DNA of 40,991 nucleotides from Pelomyxa schiedti (lineage: Eukaryota > Protista > Evosea): assembly GCA_020536535.1 (NCBI GenBank), contig JAHLWZ010000607.1, forward strand, positions 1-40,991, read 5' to 3'. The translations under genes and the position numbers were made by a program. Shown in pieces: positions 1 to 12,600 of this stretch (positions are counted from its first letter, which is position 1; every line of letters starts with the position of its first letter). Under the pieces are notes generated by a model. That model was not told where the DNA came from and did not search any database. It was given only the letters and a program-made list of their open reading frames with translations.

Positions 1-2842
1 CTGTTGCCGTGTTTTCTTCAATGTAAATGCTTGCTTTTCCGTGGACGTTCCTAATTCTGACAAGAGTTTCAATTGGAGACAAGAAGAGTATAATCCTCGC
101 TTCCGAAAATGAAATCCAAGTTTCTAATTGCAAAACTCCACATATGCTAAGGATATACTAGGTTTGGCTTTCTGAATCCGATGTTGCCGTTCCTGAAAAA
201 ATGCAGTCCATTACTTTTGATTCTAAGTATTTCCACTATTTGAGCAACTTTCAGTCCCTGACTTATGAAAAAACCAGAATATGTAGTGCGGCTACGGATA
301 TTTCTGGGCAGTTTTTGATTATTGGCTTTCCAGATGTAGCCACTGTCTTCCATCTAAATACCTCCCGTACATTCTACTTGTTGGCTTTAATATTACTCAT
401 TTCATTTCTGCTGGCAGAGGAGAAACCTCAGTTTGATTATGCAACGGAGCTGTCTCTGGAACAACCACCTCTTGCAATTACGATAGCTCCAGCGGGATCT
501 TTTAATGATCCTCTGATTTTTTACTGCAGCAACAACCACTGCATTTCAGCATACTACATTCCTAGCCATAAACTGTGCATTCCATTGTCTGAACAAATAG
601 TACCTGTCGCAGCTTTAGAGAAACTTCCAGAAAAACCAACAGGAGCTTTGGAAGTTACGCAAACACAACAAACTGAAACACTGGCGGATGTGCTCAAAAG
701 TGAGGGGGAACCGCAAAAGGAGGTTTCAACCCCTCTGGGAGACGCATCTGATTCCACAGAGCAGCCTGATGAACCATCTCCCATTTCTGAAAAAGGAGTG
801 CTTGAGGTTTTTCGTCTACCATGTCGCGTATAACCTGAAATGACACCAGGCATTGCAACATTTGGAGGAGACAGTATCACGTTGTCAGCAGAATGCCTAT
901 GAATCAAGTAACACAATCTCTTTCATTCTTTGCTTAATGAAATCAGTCGAGCAGTTTTGGGACACCTGCCAATTGAACAGAGAGTCTACCTTGAAGGTAT
1001 CTTTGCACAGGCTTCCTCTTAGTTTAAGCAACCATATGTAGGTTGTGGAGTCAGTTGAAAAACGCTTTCAGTCACAGGAGAGTCGTATTAGGACATTTAA
1101 GAAATCCCTTACAGAAACTCCTACTATTCTACGAAGTGCCATTCAAGAGGAAGTAAGTTACATTAGCACTGGTTTTATTCTGAGCGATAACAGACGTCAA
1201 TCTCTCCGTTTCCGGCAGCCATTTCACAGGCACAAGACTCGGCTTCCCGAAAAGTGCCATTTCATCACTTCTCTTTACTGTGGTAAAATTCGTTCAGATA
1301 TATGGAAGTGAAAATCCGTTCTTCTCTAAATTAAAGACCACTGTTGAACAGACTCAATACCAACAGTTGTCAGAGTTGCTAAGGTTTTCCTCTGCTGCCC
1401 CCTTCCGTAACCCAACTTGATGCTTAGAAAATCTGTTGAAGATTCCCTTAGCAAAGTTGTCAGTTCCCTATCTCTTGTACCGGCATACGAGCGCGCAACT
1501 GAGCAGATGTCATCTCAAATATTTTCGGAGTTTGATTCTTCTATTTCATCTGGTTTGTTGAGCGAGATATTAATTGTTAAATTGTTTCTCCTGACACGAT
1601 TGTGATTGTTTCAGTCTTCAAGACCTACAACACTGTTTTGAGGAACGTTTACGAGTTCTTGCCAACCAAGCCCGCCCCAAGTCCTCTACTGGGACAAACC
1701 AAAGAACTTGTAGATTCCCTGGAAAGAGATTGCAACATACTGTTNNNNNNNNNNNNNNNNNNNNNNNNNNNNNNNNNNNNNNNNNNNNNNNNNNNNNNNN
1801 NNNNNNNNNNNNNNNNNNNNNNNNNNNNNNNNNNNNNNNNNNNNCCTACAACACTGTTTTGAGGAACGTTTACGAGTTCTTGCCAACCAAGCCCGCCCCA
1901 AGTCCTCTACTGGGACAAACCAAAGAACTTGTAGATTCCCTGGAAAGAGATTGCAACATACTGTTCAGTTCGGACAGAACAGAAATCATGCAGAACTCCC
2001 TTGCAGTATTTCAGCAATATTTATGCAGCAACGGAGCGCCTTCGTAAACAGCTAAACTCTAATTACCGCGTTTAACGAGATTGCAAAAAAAACAGATGCG
2101 AGAATAGTATTCTACTTGAAGTCAACCGTGACTTGCTCACAAACCACTATGACCATGCCTTTGACCTGGTAATCTATTGCTTTTCCATCCTTGATTCTAA
2201 AACAAAATGTAGACACTCTCCCAACAAGACCTGGAACTTGTAGTCTGGCTGTGCAGCACAATAGACATCACCAATGGAGAAGCCATGGTGTCCGAGCGGG
2301 CCGCTGTGCTGAAAAGCATGACGCAGCCCGTCCTACTGTCACTTCTACAGCAACTGGCATTTGACCTATCATCCCACACTCTTCTGAAGGTGCCACTTAT
2401 TCGACCACCCCTATCTACATACACATAATATATAGAATATATAGAATGGCACAACCACAATCAAACACAAACAACAAACACACTCACCAACCAACAGATG
2501 TCATGGCTGATGCAAGTGATTGAGAGTATGAACCCGCAAGAGCCGTGCACAATGCAATACGCACCGGACATACTTGACAAGCTGGCCGTGTCCCTCGCAG
2601 ACACACGCCATCCCGTGGCAAAAAGCCTTCTCGTGGCCATACAGAGCCTCATGTCTGCACTCAGACCAGTTGCTCTAACACCAACAACCGGCACCACACC
2701 AACAACAACAACATCATCAACACTTATCACACAGGCTCCACCTCAGCAACAACATTCACAGGGAATATCGGGAATAGTACTACCCACCACAAACAACATA
2801 ATGCCACTGCAACAGGCAACAGCGCCGACACAACGATTCTGA
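1..2842 (+). CDS. EDC4: Enhancer of mRNA-decapping protein 4 (Ge-1/VARICOSE)-like, multi-exon, 5' end outside the window, interrupted by an assembly gap
   Basis: Spliced C-terminus reads YDHAFDL|TLSQQDLELVVWLCSTIDI...QPVLLSLLQQLAFDLSSHTLLK|MSWLMQVIESMNPQEP, matching the conserved EDC4/VCS C-terminal helical domain (recalled as LSQGVLLSLLQQLACDI...KLGWMTDVV.AINP). Preceded by beta-rich and coiled segments. GT-AG introns; stop TGA at 2840-2842. Confidence 0.85.
1745..1844. other. Assembly gap (100 N) flanked by an exact 121-bp direct duplication (1624-1744 = 1845-1965)
   Basis: 100 N counted. Identical sequence cctacaacactg...atactgtt lies on both sides, typical of an unmerged contig overlap. 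Confidence 0.95.
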
Positions 2843-2979
2843 ACTGAATGCAACAACAAAACATAAAATAAAAGAAAGAGGCCAAAACTCTCAAATTTTC
2901 TTGTTGTTCAACAAATACATGTTTTTTTTCATTTATTGTGGTACAGTGTTGTTGTGATTTTGTTAAGTTGGGGGCCCTC

Positions 2980-3788
2980 CTATAGCACTGTAAGAGCACG
3001 GGCAAGCTCGTGGGCGTTATTGGATCCAATGATAAAGGGAGACCCAACTGTGCTGCGAACAAGCACACCATCTGACTCACCTGTGGTGTAGGCCCACATG
3101 TCATGAGTGCTATTGTACCTTATTCCATAGCCTCCCATTCTAACAGTGTGGTTAGGGACAACAATTTTGGAAAATAGAGCATCCTTCATACTCAAGAGCG
3201 TTAATGGAAACGATGCGGGCTTCGGTTATAGACGTCAGAGGTATGACCTTACCAGCACAACACAATGGAAAGAACGATACCCGTAGTACACCCTCCTCCA
3301 CCTAAAAAAAAAAAATGAAATGTAAATGGAGCCGCGTGATAGACTTCAATGGCACTGAAACAAAAACTGAAAGTGGTTACTTAGCATTGATAATATATAT
3401 AATACAATATAATATAATATGATATAATGAATGTAATAGAAAATTAAATAAGTGCAGTTCTAAACTGTAAATTTTAAAATCAAAGAGCCAAGGGGAGGCC
3501 GCCTGGTACCTTTGTTGTCAGCGTGGCCGCGAACACCAAGAGCCACACGACGGCGGTCAGCCCGATGACGCAGCCGCCGACGGCGCCAGTCACGCCCCGC
3601 GTGTCCGGCGCGGAGACGACCACGACGGCGACCACCACGGCCACCTCGGCCGCGATCGTGACGCCGGCGACGGCCCACAACCACCACTGCCGGAACCGCT
3701 GCCGCTCAACAAACGACACGTCAAACACACCGCGGTGCGGTGGCTGTTGCTGGTACCACACGTCGATCCCGCTGCCCCCGCCACTCAT
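2980..3788 (-). CDS. DUF6141-like small membrane protein (bacterial-type), 3 exons, about 180 aa
   Basis: Exons 3788-3510, 3301-3192 and 3139-2980 join in frame via GT-AG introns: ...SFVERQRFRQWWLW-(2 hydrophobic helices)-LTTK|VEEGVLRVSFFPL...IPLTSI...ALE|MGGYGIRY...AY...GVLV...GSPFIIGSNNAHELARAL. The motifs F.E.QRFRQWW, RFFP, GG(W/Y)GIR and IG(S/T)..P.EL match what I recall of the bacterial DUF6141 family. Confidence 0.7.
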
Positions 3789-4042
3789 CCACTGATCTTT
3801 GTTTTTTTTTTTAATTTGTAATTTCAACAAACTCAAAGCGACGTATGGATCTGGATCTCGTTTATCACAAGCAGGGGAGTTAATCACTGTATTCCAAAAC
3901 CTGAGGAGGTGGATCTGTGACGGCATAGATGCACAAACAGTCCCTAGGCACAAGGAGGAAGGAGGAAACGGCCAAATCAGTCTCAATGTCCAAATGTGAG
4001 CAAAAGGAACTCTTTTTGAGAAACTAAAGAACAAAGAAAAAA

Positions 4043-7000
4043 ATGCCTGGAGCCGAAACCGTGACGATGGAGTCGGCACTATCACCCACTAACAGATCGA
4101 CATCAACGCCCCTCAGCATCACCGCACGCCGCACCTCTTCGTCCGCGATCTCCTCGTCCCCAAGCCCCCTCACAGTCCAACAGTCCCAGTCCCAGTCTCA
4201 GTCTCAGACCCAGTCCCAGACCCTTAGGGCTCAGTCTCCCAGCCAAATTCACCAACAGGTCGTGAGTCAGCAGCAACTGCCGTCAGTGACGTCACCCAAC
4301 CCGACCAACGACGACTACGGCCTGCTCAAGGTCTATTGGGCGTGCATCGTCGAGCACCGCCTCGATACCGAGTCGACGTCGCCCAACACGACGCCGCCGT
4401 CGTCCCCGCCTCCCATAATCCACGTCTCGGCGACGGCTGCCTCCCCGGCGGCCGCGTCGTCGGCTTCCGCGCGCGTGAGCGGTGGGAATTCCGGTGGGAC
4501 GGTTTCGCATTATGGGAGCGGTGGTGGGGGTGGTGGTGGGACTGTGACTAATAAAAGTGGTGCTGGAATATTGGGAAAGCAAAACACTGGAATTCCTGGA
4601 AAGAATGGAACTGGTGGTTCTGGTGGTTCTAATGTGGCAAGTACACCTTCTTCTGGTTCACCGTTGGTCTCTGCACAGTCTGTTGCAAATTCCGGCAGTT
4701 CCGGCAGTGGAGCTGCCTCCGCTTCGAATTCCTCTGGGAACTCTGTTGGTGGGGGTGCAAGTTCAGCTGTGAGCAGTGCTGCTAGCGGTGGAACCTCTGC
4801 GCATTCGAATGCCAGTGGGGCAGTTGCTCCTCCTCCAAGGACAGGCGTATTTGTGCCAATGGGAGATGTCACCAAGAACTCCACATCTAAAGTGAGGGCA
4901 ACTGTTGCCAGCACTACTCCCAGGAGAAGCTTGACTGCTCCTGTAGGTATCCACTTTCATGCTTTGCTTTTGCATATAATTTTGGGCTGACCTTAATTTA
5001 GTGCGGGTAACACGAAGAATGAAAAGGTATGTATCACTGTAGTGGAAACTTTTTCTTAATATGGTGAAGGCCGCGTTTCGCGCCCATAGAGAATAATACC
5101 TGGATCAGTACAATTCAACTGTCAATGTACTCGAGCAGTTTGGGGCCACACCTTGCTGAGGTGTATTCAGTTTTTTGATGGCATATTTTTCCTGTGAACT
5201 AAAACTCTCCACCAAAAAGGCCTGGAGAGGCGTAGAGGAATTCTCAGAGGAGATGCAACAATTTTTTGTAATTGCAGCACTAGCCGACTGTGTGCAGGTG
5301 CTAGAATTTAATGGTGATGACGTAAACAGTGGATTGCAGTTGAAGCTCATTGTTTTACCAACTCGTGAGCACACTTTTTTTTTTATTTTATTTTTTTTTC
5401 CTTCTGAACTTCACTTTCAGAGCATTTCTTGTGCTCCGTGACTTTTACTGCTATGGTGCAAGGTTCTGGGAAAATATGTGCACTTACAATTTTCGCCAGA
5501 CAGGAATATCTTCCTAGATTTCTAGAAGTTTATCCCAGAGCCCTTGATAGTGTGTATATTTGGCACTTTTTTTTTAAGGAACTAAATTGTCACACTAGGA
5601 CTTGGCGTGGCCGCTTGCCGGCTATGCCTATTGATATCTCAGGTTAACAATTCTTTTTTCCCCTCTACAGCACTTACTTAGAGCAGGATTCGGACACGAC
5701 TCTTCAGATTCACAAAGAAATTGAGGCAATGTGCACAAGCCTCAATGTACTTATGTTATGCATCATACCATTACCCAGCTCTCCTCACTCGGATCTGAAC
5801 ACTATCACCAATCTTTGGGGTGCTGACTTTGTTTCCCTGTATGTTCTTCGCTCGTCTACAAAGAGTAACCCCTCACCAGAGCTGTCACATCGCATTTGCA
5901 GACTATGTGTTGCACTGTAGTTATTGGTGACATGAAAGAGCACGTTAATATGGTACTCCAACTCCCATCTAACAAACTAATATCATCAGTTTGTAAACGC
6001 CCTCTCTATATTCGAGGATGATACACAGAGGGCCAAGTCCAGCCTTGTTGTTGATAAAAGACCTTACTCTCCTGACGTAAAGTCTTTTCCATCTTTACCA
6101 TTTCTAATGCTTGCCAGCTACTGTTACAAGGTGTAGTTGGCTCAGCCTCACAAATTACTGATGACCTGCTTTTCCAAAGTCCACTTCCAACAACTGTTAT
6201 TGATCTCAAGCAAATCACCGTTACACAGGTCTATACCTCACCTTATTTACTCCTCTCAGCGCCAGTAGGTTGCAGGATTTCACATTTTTAAAAAACGACA
6301 AAAGGATCATATCAAAGCGGAAGTGGAAAAATGCCTCCCTTATAGCAACATACCAATACCAGTTACTGTTGCCACCGGCGGACCTAATGCCGTTAACGCT
6401 GCAAATGCAGCCAACGGTCTCCAAGCCGAATATGTGGCTGATAGAAGGTAAATTGGCGGCAATCTCCATTCCGTTCTCACCATCCAATAGGGAGCCCTTG
6501 AATTCTCCTTCATTAATTTGCTCGAGCTTGGTAACCAACATGATTTACGAGCTGCACGATTTGCCGTAGTACGTGCCACTCTCCTAACTGTTAGTTAATA
6601 ACATCCCCAAGCCATCTCCAGCCGGCTGTTGTACACAATTGGATGCACTTATTTTCCAGATATGCCGTCACACTAGTTCTGCTGGCAAATAAGCTACAGT
6701 ATTTAATTCTACTAAATATGGACCGCATACTGATTCTCCACCAGACCTACAGCAACAACATCCTCTGATGGGATGTTTAAAAAGATATGCGCTGGGCTCA
6801 ACCTCTCGGAGGCTGATGCTATTGTAATTTTGGCAGTTGCCGGTACTCACCTCATTCTACACTCTAAAAACAAAACTCTCCCAAATCACTCGATCCTGAT
6901 TTTTCTTACCAGAAAAAATATCGCCGGGTATACACCTTCACATCTTTGGAAATTGGTATGAAATACATTCCGTTAGTGCACAAAACTAACTACGCATGCA

Positions 7001-7050
7001 GTGTCACCATTGAAGACAACTTTGTTGCCATCTTTGATGGCTTTGTATGA
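4043..7050 (+). CDS. C9orf72: C9orf72 homolog (longin/DENN-like) with long Ser/Gly/Pro/Gln-rich N-terminal extension
   Basis: Spliced segments: WISTIQLSMYSSSLGPHLAEAW (cf. LLAATFAYWDNILGPRVRHIW); AVTSHLQTMCCTVVIGDMKEHVNMFVNALSIF (cf. AISSHLQTCGCSVVVGSSAEKVNKIVRTLCLF); LLLQG...QSPLPTTVIDL (cf. LFVQG...APYPTTHIDV); KISPGIHLHIFG (cf. KIKPGLHSFIFG). Stop TGA at 7048-7050. Confidence 0.88.
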
Positions 7051-7378
7051 GAACACAAATGTATTTTTTAACTACTTTTTTTTTTCAAAACCCCTTTTAT
7101 AGCTCGTAAACAACGAAGGTACATCATTAAGGAAAAATCTAATGGCCCCGCTCAGAATCGAACTGAGATCAAGAGAGCCAAAATCTCCCATACTAACCAT
7201 TATACTACGGAGCCAGAACACATACAGCAAAAGCATTTCATCCCATGCGGTGCTGGGTTCTTTGTTCAGCAGAAATTCCGAATTCCACGAAGTAGATCTC
7301 TCAGAAGTTCTCTTCCTTGTGTTGCTTTTTCGGGAACATAAGAAAAATAAAAAAAACAAAGAGGCAACCACGCAAGCG

Positions 7379-9442
7379 ATGGCCGGTATGTTCGTCGTTT
7401 TTGCGACCCAGATCTACGCATAGTAATATACGCCTACATGTCTACGCCGTTACCAATAGTGAAGCGCCATTCTAACGTCGTTCACAATTTTTTTTTAAAA
7501 AAAAAAAAAACATCCTCAGACGCACCGCCGTTACCCCCACGTTTACCGCCGAGACAAACGACAACGACACCTGCTCCAGCGCCGTCGCCCGAGCCGACGC
7601 CTGACAGAACGTCGCTTACAGCCTCGAAGCACCATTCGTCTCATTCCCACCACTCGTCCTCTCACGGCAGCAGCGGCAAACACAAGTCGTCCTCCTCTCA
7701 CTCCCATCACTCCTCCTCGCACCATAAATCCAGCCACTCCTCCTCACACAAAACCTCGACCTCTCCAAAGCCGGATGACAACGCTGCCGAGAAGACGGGC
7801 ACAGAATTGGCAAATGAAGAGACGGCGGATAAGAGTGAGAGTGAGAGTGATGAGGGAGAAAATGAGGAACAAGAGCAGCCTGAAACCTCCACACCAGCAG
7901 AAGAACCCCTTCCTGAAGGCTGGGAAACGAGGATAGAGCCTACCACGAAAAAGACCTATTACATCAACAAAGCACTCAAGCTAACGCAGTGGAACAGGCC
8001 TGTAGGTGGTGGCTCGAGCTCTGGGTCATCTGGATCCTCAGACCCCGCTGCAAGCCGCGACAGGACCCTTTCCAGATCAAGCATTGATAGTGGAAATGAA
8101 GACGTCTGCATTTGATGTCTTCTTTTGCATGTTGCTAACTTATTCCTTCTAGTTACCTCCAGGATGGCAAGCTACACTTGATAAGAATACAGGAAAGGTG
8201 TACTACTACAACAAAATTGAGAAAAAAACTCAGTGGACAAAGCCTGTTTCTGACACACCTTCAAAGTGTATGACAAGAGTCCAAAGTAATCCAAGTTAAC
8301 TTCTTACAGCTCCGACACCAAGTATTAATAGTCCCGCTCCTCCCGCTTCGACACCGCCACTGTCATCTTCTGGCGCGTTTATGCCGCCTCCACCACCACT
8401 GGTTACGGAGAAAGGCAGTGCAGAACTTCTTGCGTCACTTACTTCAACTCCTGTTATGGCTTCCAAACCCACAACAGCTGCAGTTGTTGCAAAGAAGCCA
8501 GGTTTAAAGACCAGTGCCGTGAAGAAATCCTCTCGTGATGAAGAATTTGATGAGAGCCAGAGTCACGCCAAACAAAACAAAAGCACTATCAAGTCGGTTC
8601 TACACACTTTCTTGTCTAAGAGGTTGTCTCTAAGTCTATTGCTTTCTTCTCTAACCCCGCCAAAAGACCAACCAAGCAGCAGCTGGTGGAAAAACACATT
8701 CTTGCCGATGATGGTACGTCAGCGAGCACCACCCCTACCTCAAGTGCTCCTCCACCATCACATCCCCCAACGACTGCTCCACCAGCTCAAGCCATGCCCC
8801 CAGCAACTCCGCCACCAACCCAAACAATCCCACCAGCAGCTCCCCCAATGCTGTCAACTCCAGCAGCCAAAACACCAGCCGCCAAACCGCCTGCCAGTAC
8901 TCCACCACCCCTTCTTGCCACTCCAATGGCATCAGTACCAGCGGCCAAGCCGGCATTACTTGCTACACCTGAAACAAAACCAGTTGAGAAACAGCCTGAA
9001 AAACAAGAAGATAAGGTAAAGCCAAGAGACCAAAACAAGCACAAACAAACAAACAAAAACAGGAGGCTTTACCGCCAGGCTGGTCTTCCGTCAAGGACCC
9101 CACATCGGGTAAGGTATATTATTACCACAAAGCTACCAAGGTCACATCTTGGACAAAGCCTCAATGTTAGTACCAAAATTACTTCCATCAAACTAACTTG
9201 TTCTCTCTTCCATGCTTTCCTTCACCGATACAGTTGAAGAGGTAAAATTCACACAACCGAATTTACAAATAAATAACGCGCCTACTCAGGGACAACCAGC
9301 ACCGGCAGCACCCCCAGCCCCTCCAGCCGCCGCCGGAGGGCTGCCACCAGGATGGAAAGAAGTTGTGGACAAGACTTCTGGAAAGACTTACTTCTACCAC
9401 AAGGAAACAAAGAAGACCCAGTGGACTCGCCCAACAGAGTAG
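7379..9442 (+). CDS. WW-domain adaptor: WW-WW-RPEL-like-WW with Pro/Ala/Ser/His-rich linkers
   Basis: ATG GCC G|intron|AC gives MADAPPLPP. WW domains: LPEGWETRIEPTTKKTYYINKALKLTQWNRP, LPPGWQATLDKNTGKVYYYNKIEKKTQWTKP and LPPGWKEVVDKTSGKTYFYHKETKKTQWTRP. An RPEL-like motif appears after removing intron 8623-8666. Confidence 0.85.
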
Positions 9443-9604
9443 AATCCGGTTGTCCATGTGTTTTCATAACTTGTTATCACTACAATCACATCACCATCGC
9501 TATCCAACTACAGGAAAAAACAAAACCCTCTTCATTAAGCCCATTGGTTTCTTTTCCTTCTCCTTCTGACATATGTCAAATTAATGTGTTGTAACTACAC
9601 AAAC

Positions 9605-12600
9605 TCAAGCTATCATCAAGAGGTCCAGACAATAAGACCTAGCATCACTAGCAGAGAGTGCATTGACTTCCACAATAGCATCAGAGTACAACTCCTCAAT
9701 TGCGGACAGCAGAGAAGCTGCATTTGAGCTATCTATGTTGTTACCTGTACCGGCCACTTGTAACAGAGAAGGGTAGTCATCAGGGTAGTATGTTCCCCAC
9801 ATGCTATCAAGTGACTGTAGTGAATGTCAGCATTTATTGGTGGTTTTTGTTTCTAGTGTGTACGGTAATGTTTTGGTTTGCCTATGTGGTTTGTGAGAAA
9901 TAAGTGTGAACCTGTTTTGCCATTTGCGCAATATGAACTTTCCGCTGGTAGTCATTTAGAAGGAAGGCTTGGTTTGTTGGTCCGGAAAGTGTGACAGTGA
10001 TAACAGTAGTCTATGTAGTTGCGTTAGTGGCTTCTAGAAGTGGGGTGGCTAGTATATTTTAACTATCACATTTAAGAGAAGAATAAAAGGTAACCTGTTT
10101 GATTGATATTCCGCTGTCGAGAGTAACAACAACAGCGCGGATTGTACCATCGTAGTTCCATTGGTTAGTTGAAGTTCCTCCTTCTGGTATTGCAACACCG
10201 TTAACTGTTACCTATTTCTTTGGGTTGGTTCTCTTACGGAAATGAAGCTAAAAGAGACTTGTGAAGCTGGAAGAATGGACATGAATGTGATTTCATATGT
10301 GCGGGTTGTGGGCATCTCGGAAAACCTGGTGTGAGCCGGAATTAGTTGTGGGAGTTACAGTAATCAATGGTACCCTTGCCCAGAAGCCGGATTGATTGTA
10401 AATGAGAATGTTGTCCAGGATGAAAGTTGGAAGTTCAACAGCGTAGTGTAGTAAGAGCCAGATTCATACCTTGGAATTGTTTGTTTGTGTAGTATTCCAC
10501 ATACGGTAGCCATACCCACTTGTCAGGCCGTCGTCATCATAGAGTGTAAATGAAGTCTGCTCCCCTGGTGACGTACCAGCAACAAAAACAAGGAATCTAG
10601 TGGCATAAGTATTCAGAATTTTTGTGTTCCTACCTAAGTTGACTTGCAGTATCTGGTGCCCTTCCAATTACATCACTTTTATCAAGCACCTTCATCGGGA
10701 TAATGGACCCTGATCTGGCATACACAGGGACTTCACTTAAAAGGAATTGTCGGATAATTGTTTGTGGCCCCTACATCTGGCTCAGATTTGATGTCAAATA
10801 AGAAGGGAGCTTACAACAAATAGTTTTCCTGTATACCATTCAACCCAATTCCCTGGGGGAATCCAAAATTCCTGGGTCAGGTAAACGAATGAAGGAATAA
10901 TTCATTGGGTAGGTACATCAGTAGCAATTTGGTTGGCATCACCAGCAGAAGTGATGGGGTTAACAATGAAGTTGTCCCCAAATAAATATTCATTCTGAAG
11001 TGTTTTTAGTTGAGAAAAAACAAGGAAGCTTTTTCTAGACCTGGAATGTATAAGCTTCGGCGTATTCAGGCCATTCATAGTACACGGGGTGTTCAATTGC
11101 TACACTTGTGGAATAAGCTTTCCAGGCTAAGGATTATTATCACCAGGGAAATTATTGTTTCATTGTGCCGTGCCTGAGGAGTAAATATAAGGGAGAAGCA
11201 TAGACCGCAGTTGCATGGCCTCTCTCATTATCTTGAAGTAGTCATAGGAGTATCTTCAAAATAGAGTTACAAACAAGATGGAAAATGGAGAAAAGCTACA
11301 GCCAAATTTCTCGGTAATAGTGCTTGTCACAGTGAGTTCGCATAACAGGGGAGAACAACCCCCATTGCACCCATCTTGTATATAACTCACCGTCTGGTTG
11401 GCCTACATGACAAATAAATCGTCGGTAAGAGGCAGCACCTCTGAAGATACCTGAAAATCCTCCTAAATCATGACTCCAGGAGAAGCCAACGTTTGCTGCT
11501 GATGTTGTGAAATAGGGTTGGAAGGCAAGAGAATCCCACGTAGTATCAACGTCACCTGGAACGGAGTGAGAAAAAAAAAAAAAAAAGATAGATTGGTAAT
11601 TTATACCAGAAAACCCTATTTGGCGGTACCTGGAAGAACTCTGTTAGAGGCGTGCCAAAGTACCTGAGGGTGTAATACCTGTGATTGCCAATTCCTCCCC
11701 ACCGCGCCATCAATAAGCCGCGGTCAGTTGCAGACCACCACTGCGGGGAAGTGGAAAATATGTAATTCACCCAGATCGTTGGATTGACACCTTTTTGCCT
11801 GATTAATTTTCATCCACTCATAGGAAGGAAAGAACCAGGATATACAAGAGCTTCTCCCTGTTGGTAATCGACCCACCAATAAGAAATACCCTGCTGTCTA
11901 ATGGGGTCTAATACGATGCCAAAGAAATTTGTGCTGAACACTTTTTCTTCAGGTGCATATCTTACAAGGTGTTAGACAGTCTCAAGAAAATATATGTAGC
12001 ACCTCACAGTGTCATTCGTCGATGGGTCTAAACCCATGGCATCACACATTTCAACATATTTTTGTTCGACGCATTGTACTCCTCTGTCAGGATGATTGTT
12101 CAGTGTGAGATGCAAGCCATTATCACTGGCCCAGCTTATAAAACGATCTGGATCATTCCACAGGTTTGTATTCCAGGTAAAAGCTGTAAGGATATGAGTG
12201 TCTGCGAAGTTATTCTATGAGAAACCTGTCCAGGGGTCGAAAACGGGGTTGCAGTATGTTCTGTGATGATGGTATAGGACATGCCTAACAGCCTTAAGGT
12301 AACACTTCTAAGTGCAATGCATACCAGTCCATGTCAAGCACGAGAACATCAAGTGGGATAGAGTGTTCCTGGTAACCTTGTTTGATTATTGTCATTCTCT
12401 CATCAATTTCATTGTATCTGGTGACACTGAGGGTAACTCCAGAACTACGGGGCAAGCATACGCAAACCATCTGCTGTATTGGACACCGTATGTGTATCTT
12501 GGTATCATTGGAATAGGACCGCTTATGAGAGTCAGATCGTAGATGGCTTGTTTGTACGAGTGGGCATGGCCAAACAGATATATATCGAGTCTTTCAGTGG

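Noticed and set aside
1624-1965. 121-bp direct repeat as LTR or target-site duplication
   Set aside because: It flanks a 100-N gap exactly and lies within EDC4 coding sequence, so it is best explained as a contig-overlap artefact.
3392-3440. AATAT-type AT-rich repeat
   Set aside because: Short degenerate low-complexity tract inside a 208-nt intron, with no structure suggesting function.
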